From the NCBI GenBank assembly GCA_000246735.1, contig CM001443.1, positions 325,278 to 385,302 on the forward strand: DNA of 60,025 nt. Reading direction: 5' to 3'. Below the pieces are notes generated by a model, which was not told the DNA's origin, made no database searches, and was given only the letters and a program-made list of their open reading frames with translations. The stretch is from an uncultured Candidatus Poseidoniales archaeon (lineage in GTDB: Archaea; Thermoplasmatota; Poseidoniia; Poseidoniales; Poseidoniaceae). A program made the position numbers and the translations under genes. This document shows, piece by piece, positions 17,601 to 27,103 of the stretch (the stretch's first letter is position 1; each line of letters opens with the position of its first letter).

Positions 17601-20600
17601 GATTGGCATGCCGGGGTGGGTCATGTCGCTGATGTCGGTAAATCCACCATTGAAGCCGACGTTGAGCGGACTTGCTTTGCGCAGCGAGAACCGATCTAAC
17701 GCAGCATACTGGGCGTTGTTTTCGAAGCCAAAGAGGCCGATGTCACCGGTCGTCAGCCAGATTGCATCGGGCGTGATGGTGCCACCAGTCAATCCGGTCT
17801 CTTGGAACATCTTCAGGGTAGCATGGGTCGGTGTGCGGGCGCTCAGGATCGAAGCTCCACTTTCACCAATGGTGAGGACATGATCGCCATCGCTGACCAT
17901 CTTTTGGATTGGCCATCCCGCTACTTGGAAGGAAGGGACGCCGTCTTCGAATTGATTCGACTGCCCGTTGTAATGCGTCATCGGACCAATGTCAGTTGCA
18001 ATGTGCAAGCCCCACCAATCTGCTGCCAAAGCATCAACAGTGTTCGATGATAATTGGTCGAACTTATGCCAAGCGACAGCGTTTGAGGATACCTCGACGC
18101 TTGTGACACCGGGTCGTTCAGAACCCGCACCATCGTGGCCGATGAAAAGCGAAGTGGAAGTTGTTGAGGTCCCGTTGACAACCGTTGTTGTGCTTGAAGT
18201 TGTCAAGGATTGTGCTGAGGTTGCCATAAGGCCAGTGCCGCTCGAGTAAAGCGTTGTAGCGTTGGTTAATGTGTCCATCTTGACAACTCCAGCGGTCGTA
18301 GCAATCCAGAGATCGGTCCCGATGAATTGAACATCTTCGACAACATTGGTCGGCAATCCATCGCTTGTTGTGAGTGGATTTGCCCAATCTGATATCGTGT
18401 AATCCCATCGTCCAATTCCACCATCGGTTGCAATGTAAAGCATGGTGGAGGATTCAGTGAAGGCATTGATGTTGTTTGAGGGAAGACCACCAAGCAATCG
18501 ACCGTTTCCGAAGCCTGTGCTCGGGTCGTACACTTGGACGCCAGCAGCCGAGCCAGAACTTCCTTGCAAGCCGATGACCAAGGTGGAGCCGTAGACGAAG
18601 AGCCCATCCATGTTGTTATGCAAGGCCCCGCTCACTCGACTCAGAACGCCAGTGAGCGTATCGAGTTTGTAGAGCCCAGTCGGTGTTGTCGTGATGTAAA
18701 GATCAGTTCCGACAAGTTCCATATCCTTGGCCACAGTGTTGGCAACCATTGTCCATCCTTGTTGCCAATCGATTGTTCCATCAGCTTGGCGTTCACCTTG
18801 GAGCAATCCAGCGCCTGCAGACCCACCCTGTCCGAATCCTTGGACAGCGCCTTGAGTTGAGATCCATAGATGCGTTCCATTGCCGGCCATGCTAGTAACT
18901 TGACCGCTCACGAGTCCTGGGAAGTCGAGCAATGTGTTTTGGCCCAACGAACTGATTGTGTCGACGTGGCTGTATCCAGATGAACCACCCGCTTGCCCGA
19001 TCAACCATTCATTGGTCAGCCATTGGAAAGATGTGACCGAAGATCCTTGACCGTTGAAAGAGACCTGTGCAGTGGAGCCGCCAGATGTGGCCACCGCACT
19101 GTAGCCGCCGCCGATGATGTTGTCACCGCTCGTACCGATGCCATGGCCTAGCACGAGCATGCTGTTGGAGTAATCAAGAGCGTCCCACCACACGCGATCG
19201 CTTGGTAGGTTGTGATTCGCGGTTGTGATTGGGTTAAGCCAAGTGTTGGATGCGTAACTGTACTTTTTGACATCTGCTTGATCTGCATAGAAGGCCACAT
19301 AGAGGGTGTCAGTGCCGTCACATGCAACCCCGGATACCTCGCCATAATTTTCGTTCCAGTCAGCCTCTCGGAACGTGCTCAAGAAGGAATCATTGGTCAT
19401 GTCAAATCGGGCCACGCCTCCATTGTTGGCGTAAATACCGATGTGAAGAATACCCGCACACTCAGCCATGGTGATTGGATAACCATTTGGCAGCCCGTTG
19501 GCCCCAGTCTCGTAATTATTCCATGTGGCTCCGTCCCAATGAGAAATAGCACCGTTTCTGAACTGACCGAATTGACTGACCTCGCCACTTCCGACAACGA
19601 GGTTTGTGCCGTCGGTCCACAGTTCGTAGATTTGATCGCCTGCATCGGCGGGTAAGCCAGAGCCAGCCGTCCATTCTGTCAACCACTGGCCCGCAGATTC
19701 ATTGTACCGTGCGACGCCATCTTCAGTTGCAAACATCACTTCGCCGTTGTATTCGATGATTTCACGGATTGGGAAATTAAAATCTCCATCATCCCATTCT
19801 CCGAGCACAGTGCCGTTTGCGGCCATGTATTGGAGGGAGTTTTCACCCCACGAGACCCACATGTTTCCAGTTGAGGATTTGTATGCAGTCACTCGATCTA
19901 CTTGGCCAATCGGGAGGATGTTGTCGCCCCATGAATTGTTGCTGGTGTTCCATTGAGCGATGCCACCAGAACCATCGACTTGCCACCAATTTTGGGACGC
20001 CACGCTGATCATAATGATGTCACCAATGATGCTCATCCCATTCACATCGCCATTGTTTTGGCCCACTTGTGCGCCAACATCAAGAGCAGGAAGGGAGGTG
20101 AAATTCTGAGCGTCGAAACGATACAGGTTATCGCTGCTTGCCCCGTCATGGTAGTACATGATGTTCCCTTTGAGAATCATATCAAGCGGATCGCCGTTTC
20201 CAGCAAAGAGGCTGCTTGATTTTTCGATATCATAGACTTCATCACCGGTGGTGGTGTTGAGCAATTGGAACCCATCAGAACCACCAATCCAGATGTAATT
20301 TGGATTGATGTCGGCTGAGAGGGTGGTTGCATCTTCATTTCCATCATCGAGCACATTGTCTTCGGTCCAAAGGGTGAGCCATTCATCGTTGATGAGATCA
20401 TACCGAGCGATACCAATGCCATCCAATGCGATGAAAGCCACATCGCCAACGACGGTTACGGGTGCGTTGTTTGTTTGTTCACCAGCAGTCCATTCCCCGA
20501 CCACGTCAAAGGGCGAAATCGTGATGATTCCAACACCCGAATTCGTTCCTCCGAAAAGGTATGTGTTTGAGATTCCAGCACCAATTGAGTAGGTCGCCCA

Positions 20601-23006
20601 GTTTGGCATGCCGTCGTATACGTTGAGGCATTCATCGATGTCGACGGTTGAGGTTGGGAATTTGCACACGCCAATGTTGGTTGCAGCGTACACGTCTGAG
20701 CCAACCACAACGAAATCAAAGAACTGCTGCGGTCGCTCATTCCATTGCCGTCCAATCTGGAAAGAGGTCGCCGTCGAGGAGGATTCATCCCATTCAATGG
20801 CGCCTTGGTTGGTTCCGATGTAGAGCACACTTGTACCTGCTTCAAGAGCGTAGATGGTTGAACTTGGGAGGACTGAGGTTGAAGTGCCGGCCCCCGGATT
20901 GTTGCTGACAGTGGTCAGCGGGAGGAGAATTTCGTTGGTTGAAAGGTCCTTTCGGGCTACGCCGTAACCTGGAATTCCGAAGTACAACACGTCGCCTACA
21001 ACAGCTACGGGGACATCGTTCGCACCGTTGATGCCGGTGGAGATCCACGGAGTAAGCCAAACGTCATTCGCGATGTCATAACGGAGCAAGCCATCGTTTT
21101 GAGTGCCCACATATGCAACTTCATTGTGAATAGCGGCATCGGACACTGAACCCGATGAGAGGGTGAGTGACTCGAAGACGAGGGGTTGCGCTCCCGTGAG
21201 GTTGACGGCTGCAAATTCGCCGTAAAATTGGTTGAGGATGACGACCGTCGAGCCATCCGATTGGACAACGGTCACTTCGTTTCCGGACATTGGGGTGTTG
21301 GATGTGTCCCAAGTCTGCAACACTGTGCCGTTGTTGTGCATTTGATGTGCACCGTTTGAGGCTGCAATGTAGACGTGGTTGCCATCTGTGCTCAGCCGTG
21401 CAATGTCTGCTCCAATGAACACCGGTTCAATCCAACGGGAGGATTGGGTATCGAATCGGTTCAGGTATTGATCATCGGTTGCAACAAAGAGAACGCCATC
21501 GAGTTCCGTCGAGTCAATCATCTGTCCAGAGGTAGGCCCGCTACCGAGCAGCAGCACGCCTGTATTGAGGGGTGAAGAGCCGGGGCTCAATTCAACAAGG
21601 GCTCCACCGCCATCGCTGACGAGGATTAATTCGGTACTTGGCGATCGTGCACCGCTGCTTGGCCACAACACAAGGCCTTGCCCTTCGTTTGATAGACCAA
21701 AGGCGTCGAGTGTTTGGGAGCCAGAAAACACGTTACTTGCTGCGTTGTAGGTGTGCAAGGAATCGCCGTTGAGAATGTACAGCGTGTTGCCGGATCTTGC
21801 GAGTCCAGTTACGTCATCACTGGCCAACCAGTTTCCACTGTTCCATGTAGAAAGCCAGAATCCAGAACTCCAGTCATAGCGGGCAAGGCCTGCATCTGCG
21901 GATGCAAGGAGGAGTTGGTTTCCAGAAATCATGAGTTCGTGTACTTCGTCGGAGTGAAGACTGTTGGCAGTCGACCATGTCGAAAGCATCTGTCCCGAGG
22001 CGAGATCGTACCGCGCCACACCAGCGCTGTCCATCGAAATGTAGAGGATTCCATTTGCTTCTAACATGGCTAAGCATGCACCGCTTGTGTCACCGACATT
22101 GACCCATGCTCCACCGTTCCAAATGACGAGTTCGTCTTCATTTGCGGCATAGACATCTCCAGTGCTCGCTATGACGAATTGATGGAGTTCCTCAAAAGCA
22201 GCATCTGATGCATCTGGAAGAACGGTCTGTGCGCTTGAGTCTGTGAGTGAAATTGCGAAGAAGCCGTCTTCTTCTGTTAGGAAATGAATTAGGTTGTTCG
22301 CAACATCGATTTCCATGTCCAACACATTGCTTTCGAATGGAATCATGTCGATGATTGGCGGATCGTTGGCATAGTCCAGAACGAGCACATCGTCGAGAAT
22401 AGCGATGTACATTCGACCGTCATCAGGGTGGAGTGCATGTGCGCTGATGTCGAGGTTGATCGGCTCGAATGAGACCGCAGGATCAACTGGGGCAAGCGCT
22501 TCAATCACCAACTCAGTGATTTCAGCATCAGATGGCAGGGTCCATGTGGCGCCTGAATCGCTGTTTGGTGCAAGCCTTCCTTCGTGAGGGTTGGTTCCTT
22601 CAAATGAGTCTGCTGCGCCAAAGGTTCCAAGGCCTCGCCAGTCGAGCAAATTGATGCCGATATCATTCGCCACAAGCATCGGTTCTTGGATCATCAGACC
22701 ATCGCTTCCGTTGACTCGAATTTGGAACGACACGTTCGATATGTCAGCACCCGGGGCGAATTCCAATGTCCAGTCGGCCGTTGCTTGAGCTCCTGTCAGC
22801 GAGTCTGCACCCGTTGCGTCCAATTGCACCCAACCCGTGTCATTGCTCCCGGATTTTGGCCAGATTGTATCATTGAATGTTTCATGCGCTGAAACACCGG
22901 GGACCATCATCATCGGGGCGATGGAGGAACAGAGCATCAAAGCGACCAACAGAGCGGCTCTTTTGCCGGCGGAGCCGGGATAAAATAGAGCAAAGGCTGG
23001 CTTCAT
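14649..23006 (-). CDS. Giant (2,785 aa) secreted, C-terminally membrane-anchored surface protein with propeller-type repeats and FN3-like modules
   Basis: N-terminal signal peptide (ALLVALMLCSSIAPMMMVPGVSA). Recurrent blade-like motifs include GVARYDL, GLARYDW, GLLRYDI, GIARYDL, GVARFDM and GIGRWDY. Repeated C-terminal modules (IDVLWSVSDADDFSHYTIWA, ILVEWSLSTDQRIRGYQVYIA). One TM (LLAAGLFIMAIFLFIAVV) and a P/Q-rich tail. Confidence 0.85.
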   Translation of the reverse strand: MKPAFALFYPGSAGKRAALLVALMLCSSIAPMMMVPGVSAHETFNDTIWPKSGSNDTGWVQLDATGADSLTGAQATADWTLEFAPGADISNVSFQIRVNGSDGLMIQEPMLVANDIGINLLDWRGLGTFGAADSFEGTNPHEGRLAPNSDSGATWTLPSDAEITELVIEALAPVDPAVSFEPINLDISAHALHPDDGRMYIAILDDVLVLDYANDPPIIDMIPFESNVLDMEIDVANNLIHFLTEEDGFFAISLTDSSAQTVLPDASDAAFEELHQFVIASTGDVYAANEDELVIWNGGAWVNVGDTSGACLAMLEANGILYISMDSAGVARYDLASGQMLSTWSTANSLHSDEVHELMISGNQLLLASADAGLARYDWSSGFWLSTWNSGNWLASDDVTGLARSGNTLYILNGDSLHTYNAASNVFSGSQTLDAFGLSNEGQGLVLWPSSGARSPSTELILVSDGGGALVELSPGSSPLNTGVLLLGSGPTSGQMIDSTELDGVLFVATDDQYLNRFDTQSSRWIEPVFIGADIARLSTDGNHVYIAASNGAHQMHNNGTVLQTWDTSNTPMSGNEVTVVQSDGSTVVILNQFYGEFAAVNLTGAQPLVFESLTLSSGSVSDAAIHNEVAYVGTQNDGLLRYDIANDVWLTPWISTGINGANDVPVAVVGDVLYFGIPGYGVARKDLSTNEILLPLTTVSNNPGAGTSTSVLPSSTIYALEAGTSVLYIGTNQGAIEWDESSSTATSFQIGRQWNERPQQFFDFVVVGSDVYAATNIGVCKFPTSTVDIDECLNVYDGMPNWATYSIGAGISNTYLFGGTNSGVGIITISPFDVVGEWTAGEQTNNAPVTVVGDVAFIALDGIGIARYDLINDEWLTLWTEDNVLDDGNEDATTLSADINPNYIWIGGSDGFQLLNTTTGDEVYDIEKSSSLFAGNGDPLDMILKGNIMYYHDGASSDNLYRFDAQNFTSLPALDVGAQVGQNNGDVNGMSIIGDIIMISVASQNWWQVDGSGGIAQWNTSNNSWGDNILPIGQVDRVTAYKSSTGNMWVSWGENSLQYMAANGTVLGEWDDGDFNFPIREIIEYNGEVMFATEDGVARYNESAGQWLTEWTAGSGLPADAGDQIYELWTDGTNLVVGSGEVSQFGQFRNGAISHWDGATWNNYETGANGLPNGYPITMAECAGILHIGIYANNGGVARFDMTNDSFLSTFREADWNENYGEVSGVACDGTDTLYVAFYADQADVKKYSYASNTWLNPITTANHNLPSDRVWWDALDYSNSMLVLGHGIGTSGDNIIGGGYSAVATSGGSTAQVSFNGQGSSVTSFQWLTNEWLIGQAGGSSGYSHVDTISSLGQNTLLDFPGLVSGQVTSMAGNGTHLWISTQGAVQGFGQGGSAGAGLLQGERQADGTIDWQQGWTMVANTVAKDMELVGTDLYITTTPTGLYKLDTLTGVLSRVSGALHNNMDGLFVYGSTLVIGLQGSSGSAAGVQVYDPSTGFGNGRLLGGLPSNNINAFTESSTMLYIATDGGIGRWDYTISDWANPLTTSDGLPTNVVEDVQFIGTDLWIATTAGVVKMDTLTNATTLYSSGTGLMATSAQSLTTSSTTTVVNGTSTTSTSLFIGHDGAGSERPGVTSVEVSSNAVAWHKFDQLSSNTVDALAADWWGLHIATDIGPMTHYNGQSNQFEDGVPSFQVAGWPIQKMVSDGDHVLTIGESGASILSARTPTHATLKMFQETGLTGGTITPDAIWLTTGDIGLFGFENNAQYAALDRFSLRKASPLNVGFNGGFTDISDMTHPGMPIVLANLSNTAALDPTLGVVGTNGITFQTVPLAFTSPVNNAATWAKSVSMKYNATIELNNNADFETTMQLAVDNGIIINGTQFVQLNLRSPTNGSMHVRLIYDYVKTETPVTLTELMDRPDDGGGALTAEWSLVHDDDFARYLIYVNDGPVWSLDGGISTTFLQTRTIDKAISLHSRLSSEVTTSNGQPLVDGNDYYAVVVVEYDDGRLGTPSPVLGPATPSDEVPLPPIWADAGPHEGGEDGDLDVEWARCTSLDLLQTNIYASTQPMTDVLGLTPEGEVMKMEGNSTVLSLSPGQPYWLGLTCVDEAGQEDIMNALIVGPFVPTGGLNDNTAPPKMENVNAIDTPEDDGGRITVSWDINPAEDCTFYAIFMRAVEDGEIIPTDFDGTSSSVDSEMGFTQAKIINDCDENSTLVTSIDGEGLQDGQMYLVGVVAYDDWLNANLDDVDLIQVTPLRNQNGQPTPPDRTEFIQAFDHPSDDGTSIDVLWSVSDADDFSHYTIWAADQPLTDLSVAWALFGDDPTRCGCLKVNKQWVDESFSPLEVTLTTALYSGSGGLMDITQTTPQPIQPDVELYVVVTVHDLAGNVFLTDLTQATVTPIDNALDITAPDRLEALSLTDRALDDGSALLLDFELSAASDVGSYEVYAATWSFTSVGQGTLGPSTPIATLERAPELPLTIDIVAGDTPVIPGQEIWVVVVVRDTSGNAFTTDLIAVSSQSIDDGYDASGSYLPEVTGVSAAWVDESKILVEWSLSTDQRIRGYQVYIAEESFDGVSSATMVGDAITSNSFIITVDQFAALTNATSWYIAVTPFDELVTKEAVNPIQLGAFQANDGTSLGDDNANDGTDFSSLLTTPNLLAAGLFIMAIFLFIAVVRTRGSQQRKAKSWELQEATWGLQDDQSWNDAPAAAPPSSPPPTAAAPTPPAPNMYAQPATQQDIYGRPAYQPAQPVMQPVQNNELLNELGVGTAPPQQTKGIDTSFLDDLL

Positions 23007-23218
23007 GTGTCAAAGGGGTCTTTTGGGGTATTTGAACGCGGCCCTTGGTCGTGCGCACAAACATCACTCTCAACCACCTCCAAATCCACAAAATCCACAA
23101 GAAAGTACGGTTTCAAAGCACCGATGGTGGCGATACACACCCCTTCTTTTCCTCCCCGTTTGTCCCGTACACACACAACACTCAAACCCAGAACCACATT
23201 CGTTGGATTCGATTGCCT

Positions 23219-25540
23219 ATGAACCGGGAGAAGAAAGAGCGTTTGCTCAAGAAGGAAGCACTCGAGTATCACGAGGCTGAACCCCAAGGTAAAATCAAGG
23301 TGGTTCCAACCAAGCCTCACAGCACGGCGCACGAATTGAGCCTTGCATATTCACCAGGCGTAGCCTATCCTTGCCTCGAAATCGCAGAGCGCCCAGAAGA
23401 CGCATACCGATATACATCCAAGGGCAATCTGGTGGCTGTCATTTCAAATGGAACCGCCGTCCTCGGCTTAGGGAATATTGGTGCCCTTGCCAGTAAACCA
23501 GTCATGGAAGGCAAGGGTTTGCTCCTGAAGACATTCGCAGATATCGATGTTTTCGATATTGAGGTCGACACAGAAGACCCTGAAACATTCATCGAAACCG
23601 TGGTTAACATCGCCAAAACATTTGGCGGCATCAACCTTGAAGACATCAAGGCACCAGAATGCTTTGAAATTGAACGACGCATTGCGGAAGCGACCGATAT
23701 TCCAGTAATGCACGATGATCAGCACGGTACTGCAATCATTTCTGCTGCTGCATTGTTGAACGCCGTCGAACTTCAAGAAAAGGAACTCTCCGAAATCAAA
23801 GTGGTTGTCATCGGAGCGGGTGCAAGCGCCATTGCTTGCGCCAACCACTACGTCGCCATCGGGGTCACTCGGTCGAACATCGCCATGGTTGACAGCAAAG
23901 GCATCGTCACCAAAGCAAGATTGGAAGCGGGAGAGTTGAACGAATACAAGGCTCCGTTCGCTCACGATCGAGAGGCAGGCGACCTTGCCGATGCACTCAA
24001 CGGGGCTGATGTCATGCTCGGCCTTTCACGAGGAGGACTGGTCAGCAAAGAGATGATTGCTTCGATGGCACCGAACCCGATTGTGTTCGCTCTCGCCAAT
24101 CCGACACCGGAAATCCTACCCGAGGAAATTCTCGAAGTTCGCCAAGACGCAATCATCGCTACCGGGCGGTCAGATTATGCGAACCAAGTCAACAATGTGC
24201 TCGGTTTCCCGTACATCTTCAGAGGGGCCCTCGATGTACGAGCCACGGACATTACACAAGGGATGAAAATGGCAGCGACCCGGGCCTTAGCAGCGCTGGC
24301 CAAGGAACCAGTTCCAGATTACATTTCAGCGGCTTACGACGGCGCAGTCATGCAGTATGGTCCCGATTACATCATCCCCAAACCATTCGATCGTCGAGTG
24401 TTGCTTTGGGAGGCTTCGGCCGTTGCTCAGGCGGCTGTTGATGAGGGCGTGGCTCGTGTCCAACCTGAGGATTTCTCGATCAAGAAATACCGTGAGGAGC
24501 TTGAGGCTCGTCTCGGCCAATCCTATTCCATCATGCGCCACGTCATCAACCAGGTTCGTGGACGAGGAAAACGCATCGTCTTCCCCGAAGGCGACAACGA
24601 GATGGTGATTCGTGCAGCGGCCCAGTTGGTCGATCAGAAAATCTGTTACCCAATTCTTTTGGGGCCAGAAAAGCGCATCCGTAGCATGGTTGAAGATTTG
24701 AGTCTTCACTTCGAGTACGAAGTTTATGATCCACGGAAAGACGAGCGGAGAAAAGGCATCTACTCCGAGTCGATGTTAGACCGACGCAACCGCAAGGGAA
24801 TGACCGTTGCTGACGCCGCACGGCTGTTGAAATCGCGCCCTTACTTTGCCAGCCAAATGGTCGCTAATGGAGATGCAGATGGTTTCGTTGGTGGCGTTTC
24901 TCGAAACTATGCCGATGTCTTGCGCCCCACACTCGAGTTGATTGGTGCCGACGACGATGCTCACTGCATTGTTGGGTGTTACATGATGAACGTCAAAGGT
25001 CGAACCATCTTCCTTGCTGATGCCACAGTCAATGTGTACCCTGACAGTCGAACCCTTGCGGAAATTGCAGTTCAGACAGCCAAAGTAGCACGCCGGTTCG
25101 GTGTTGCCCCTGTGGTTGCCATGCTCTCATTCTCGAACTTTGGAAGCAGCCGAGCCCAACGATCTGAACGGATTGAAGACGCCATTGAACTCGCACGTGA
25201 ACTTGACCCGTCCCTCGTGATCGACGGTCCGATGCAAGCAGATACGGCCTTGAATGGCAATGTGCAAGGAGAGTACCCATTCATGGAATTCACCGGTGCA
25301 GCGAATGTTTTGGTGCTTCCGAATCTTGCAGCAGCCAACATTGCTTACAAATTACTCGAGGAATTGGGTGACGCGGAAATGACAGGACCAATCCTCGAAG
25401 GAATGGCGCAACCCGTACAACTGGTTGCTCGTCAAGATGGGGTCCGTCACATTGTCAACATGGCAGCGATTTGCGCGGCTGATGCAATTCGTCAAGAACC
25501 GTACTGGGAAAGTTTGGTCGACCCTGTGGAAGAGAAGTGA
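23219..25540 (+). CDS. maeB: NADP-dependent malic enzyme, MaeB type (malic enzyme plus phosphotransacetylase-like domain)
   Basis: ALEYHE...GKIKVVPTKP, SLAYSPGVA, AVISNGTAVLGLGNIGALASKPVMEGK, VVIGAGASA, and a PTA-like C-terminal half. ORF is open from 23045, but the ATG at 23219 matches the usual N-terminus. Confidence 0.9.
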   Translation: MNREKKERLLKKEALEYHEAEPQGKIKVVPTKPHSTAHELSLAYSPGVAYPCLEIAERPEDAYRYTSKGNLVAVISNGTAVLGLGNIGALASKPVMEGKGLLLKTFADIDVFDIEVDTEDPETFIETVVNIAKTFGGINLEDIKAPECFEIERRIAEATDIPVMHDDQHGTAIISAAALLNAVELQEKELSEIKVVVIGAGASAIACANHYVAIGVTRSNIAMVDSKGIVTKARLEAGELNEYKAPFAHDREAGDLADALNGADVMLGLSRGGLVSKEMIASMAPNPIVFALANPTPEILPEEILEVRQDAIIATGRSDYANQVNNVLGFPYIFRGALDVRATDITQGMKMAATRALAALAKEPVPDYISAAYDGAVMQYGPDYIIPKPFDRRVLLWEASAVAQAAVDEGVARVQPEDFSIKKYREELEARLGQSYSIMRHVINQVRGRGKRIVFPEGDNEMVIRAAAQLVDQKICYPILLGPEKRIRSMVEDLSLHFEYEVYDPRKDERRKGIYSESMLDRRNRKGMTVADAARLLKSRPYFASQMVANGDADGFVGGVSRNYADVLRPTLELIGADDDAHCIVGCYMMNVKGRTIFLADATVNVYPDSRTLAEIAVQTAKVARRFGVAPVVAMLSFSNFGSSRAQRSERIEDAIELARELDPSLVIDGPMQADTALNGNVQGEYPFMEFTGAANVLVLPNLAAANIAYKLLEELGDAEMTGPILEGMAQPVQLVARQDGVRHIVNMAAICAADAIRQEPYWESLVDPVEEK

Positions 25541-25542
25541 TT

Positions 25543-26376
25543 TCACACTTCTTCATAGGATACAGTCGGTCGACGAGGGCGCCAAAACGCACCCGTCACA
25601 AAACCGGCGCATAAGCCGCCGAAAAGTAAGTTCGGCCATCCTGAAACGGCATAGTCTCCCATCCCCCTAAGAATTGGAATCACAAATGACGGGATCACGC
25701 CGAGCAACACGGTGCACACCACTTCAGTGCGGATGTTCGATGCCATGTCTGCTGAATTGGGGACCCGTTTTGGAGCACCTTGCCGAATCGGGGTGACGAC
25801 AAGGCGAGCCACAATCCCCTTGACAGGACGATCGAGGGGGACGCTTGAGAGCGCCGTGATGCCCTCTCTCGATGGGTGAGTTTCAATGGCAGCTCGATGC
25901 AGTGCCATCGGACCAAGGCCTTCGAACCTTCTTGGGCGTCCATCCATCATTGCACCGCGATAATTTGAGTTAATCGCATCTGCGAGCACTTCGACTTGTT
26001 TTTTTCCAAGACCGAGTCCATGCGCTTCTTGAGCGCACCGCCACTCCGCTTCCGAAGGGCACCGAACTTCCCATTGAATTGCCTCGTCCAACCCTGCAAC
26101 GCCAGCATCGATCTGGGATTGTCCGGCGTTCATGAGGGCCTTGAGGGTTTCAGCAGTGACTCGAAATTGTTCGCCGCCCTTTCCATCATCTGTGCCTACA
26201 AGAGCGTTGTAGTCGGCGCCCGTCAGTGGTGCAGTCATGATGTAATACGTTGGTAGTCGGACTTCGTGCCTTGGTCGCTGACCTGCATAAATCCAGCCTC
26301 CCTTGTCTGTTCCAAGGTGCATTGATTGCGCATCAATTCGTTGGAATTGCAAGCCTGAAAGCGTGATGAACTCCAA
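25543..26376 (-). CDS. Formylglycine-generating-enzyme (SUMF1/FGE) fold domain protein with a C-terminal membrane anchor
   Basis: PRHEVRLPTYYIMTAPLTGADY and CPSEAEWRCAQEA resemble the FGE-sulfatase domain signature. C-terminal hydrophobic helices are present. Confidence 0.45.
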   Translation of the reverse strand: MEFITLSGLQFQRIDAQSMHLGTDKGGWIYAGQRPRHEVRLPTYYIMTAPLTGADYNALVGTDDGKGGEQFRVTAETLKALMNAGQSQIDAGVAGLDEAIQWEVRCPSEAEWRCAQEAHGLGLGKKQVEVLADAINSNYRGAMMDGRPRRFEGLGPMALHRAAIETHPSREGITALSSVPLDRPVKGIVARLVVTPIRQGAPKRVPNSADMASNIRTEVVCTVLLGVIPSFVIPILRGMGDYAVSGWPNLLFGGLCAGFVTGAFWRPRRPTVSYEEV

Positions 26377-26385
26377 CGGGATCCC

Positions 26386-27078
26386 TCACTTGAGCGTGCC
26401 TTCCATTCGACGGTACCAGGCCATCCCTTTTTCGTGATCTTCCAAGAGAGCGAACTGTGGGAAGGGGGAGATTGAGCGTGCATAACCAAACACAGCGAAA
26501 TCCACAAGGTCTGGGGAAGCGCCTCCGAAGAAAGGCTCCGTGCCGTGTTCACTTGTGAATTCGGTCAGCAAGTCGTGCCAGAGTTTCTTTGGTGTTCGGC
26601 CATCCTTTTTGACTCGCTTCTTTGCAATGATGCCCCACATGATTGGGAAGCCAGCCCACGCATAGAGTCGCTTCGAAATGAACCCGAATTTCTCTATTTT
26701 TGAGATTCTTGTGGTGGTCTTTAGGGCGGAGCCGAGGGTGCCGTAGAGGATTGGAACGGTTGCTTTGGAGACCTTAGCGTCCGCCCATTCAAGCCATTTT
26801 TGTTGGCGTTCTGCGTCACCAGTGGCTGCCAGTTTCCCAGCGTTGTATGCTGCATCGATGTGCTTCATAACGGGGGTCGAATCGACAAAGTGTTCTCCAT
26901 TTTCATTGGTGAACACGGGAACCTTTCCCCAGTCGCCGGCAAAAGCCACAGATTTTTTGATTTTCATTCCGTTGACTGGTACGTAATCAACATCCATTCC
27001 GATGTGTTCAATGACCCCTCGAACCTTCCAACAGAAAGGACATGTGTAGAGGATATGGAGGGTGGGAGTTTGACCCAT
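26386..27078 (-). CDS. Glutaredoxin-2/GST-like thioredoxin-fold protein (PGES2-like)
   Basis: N-terminal LHILYTCPFCWKVRGV (CPFC active site) and VPVF, then a helical GST-C-like domain. Confidence 0.6.
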   Translation of the reverse strand: MGQTPTLHILYTCPFCWKVRGVIEHIGMDVDYVPVNGMKIKKSVAFAGDWGKVPVFTNENGEHFVDSTPVMKHIDAAYNAGKLAATGDAERQQKWLEWADAKVSKATVPILYGTLGSALKTTTRISKIEKFGFISKRLYAWAGFPIMWGIIAKKRVKKDGRTPKKLWHDLLTEFTSEHGTEPFFGGASPDLVDFAVFGYARSISPFPQFALLEDHEKGMAWYRRMEGTLK

Positions 27079-27103
27079 GGAGGGTGCTATCGCCTCCCCT
27101 TCT

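Noticed and set aside
17371-19655. Plus-strand ORFs of 140-170 aa inside the giant gene (for example 17371..17883 and 19212..19655)
   Set aside because: They lie antisense to a long, repeat-structured, clearly coding frame. They have no motifs and show odd composition typical of shadow ORFs.
23045-23218. 58-codon N-terminal extension of maeB in the ORF track
   Set aside because: The extension (MVVRTNITLNHLQIHKIHKK...) has no counterpart in MaeB proteins. The ATG at 23219 gives the canonical N-terminus. The region is better read as the divergent promoter spacer shared with the giant gene.
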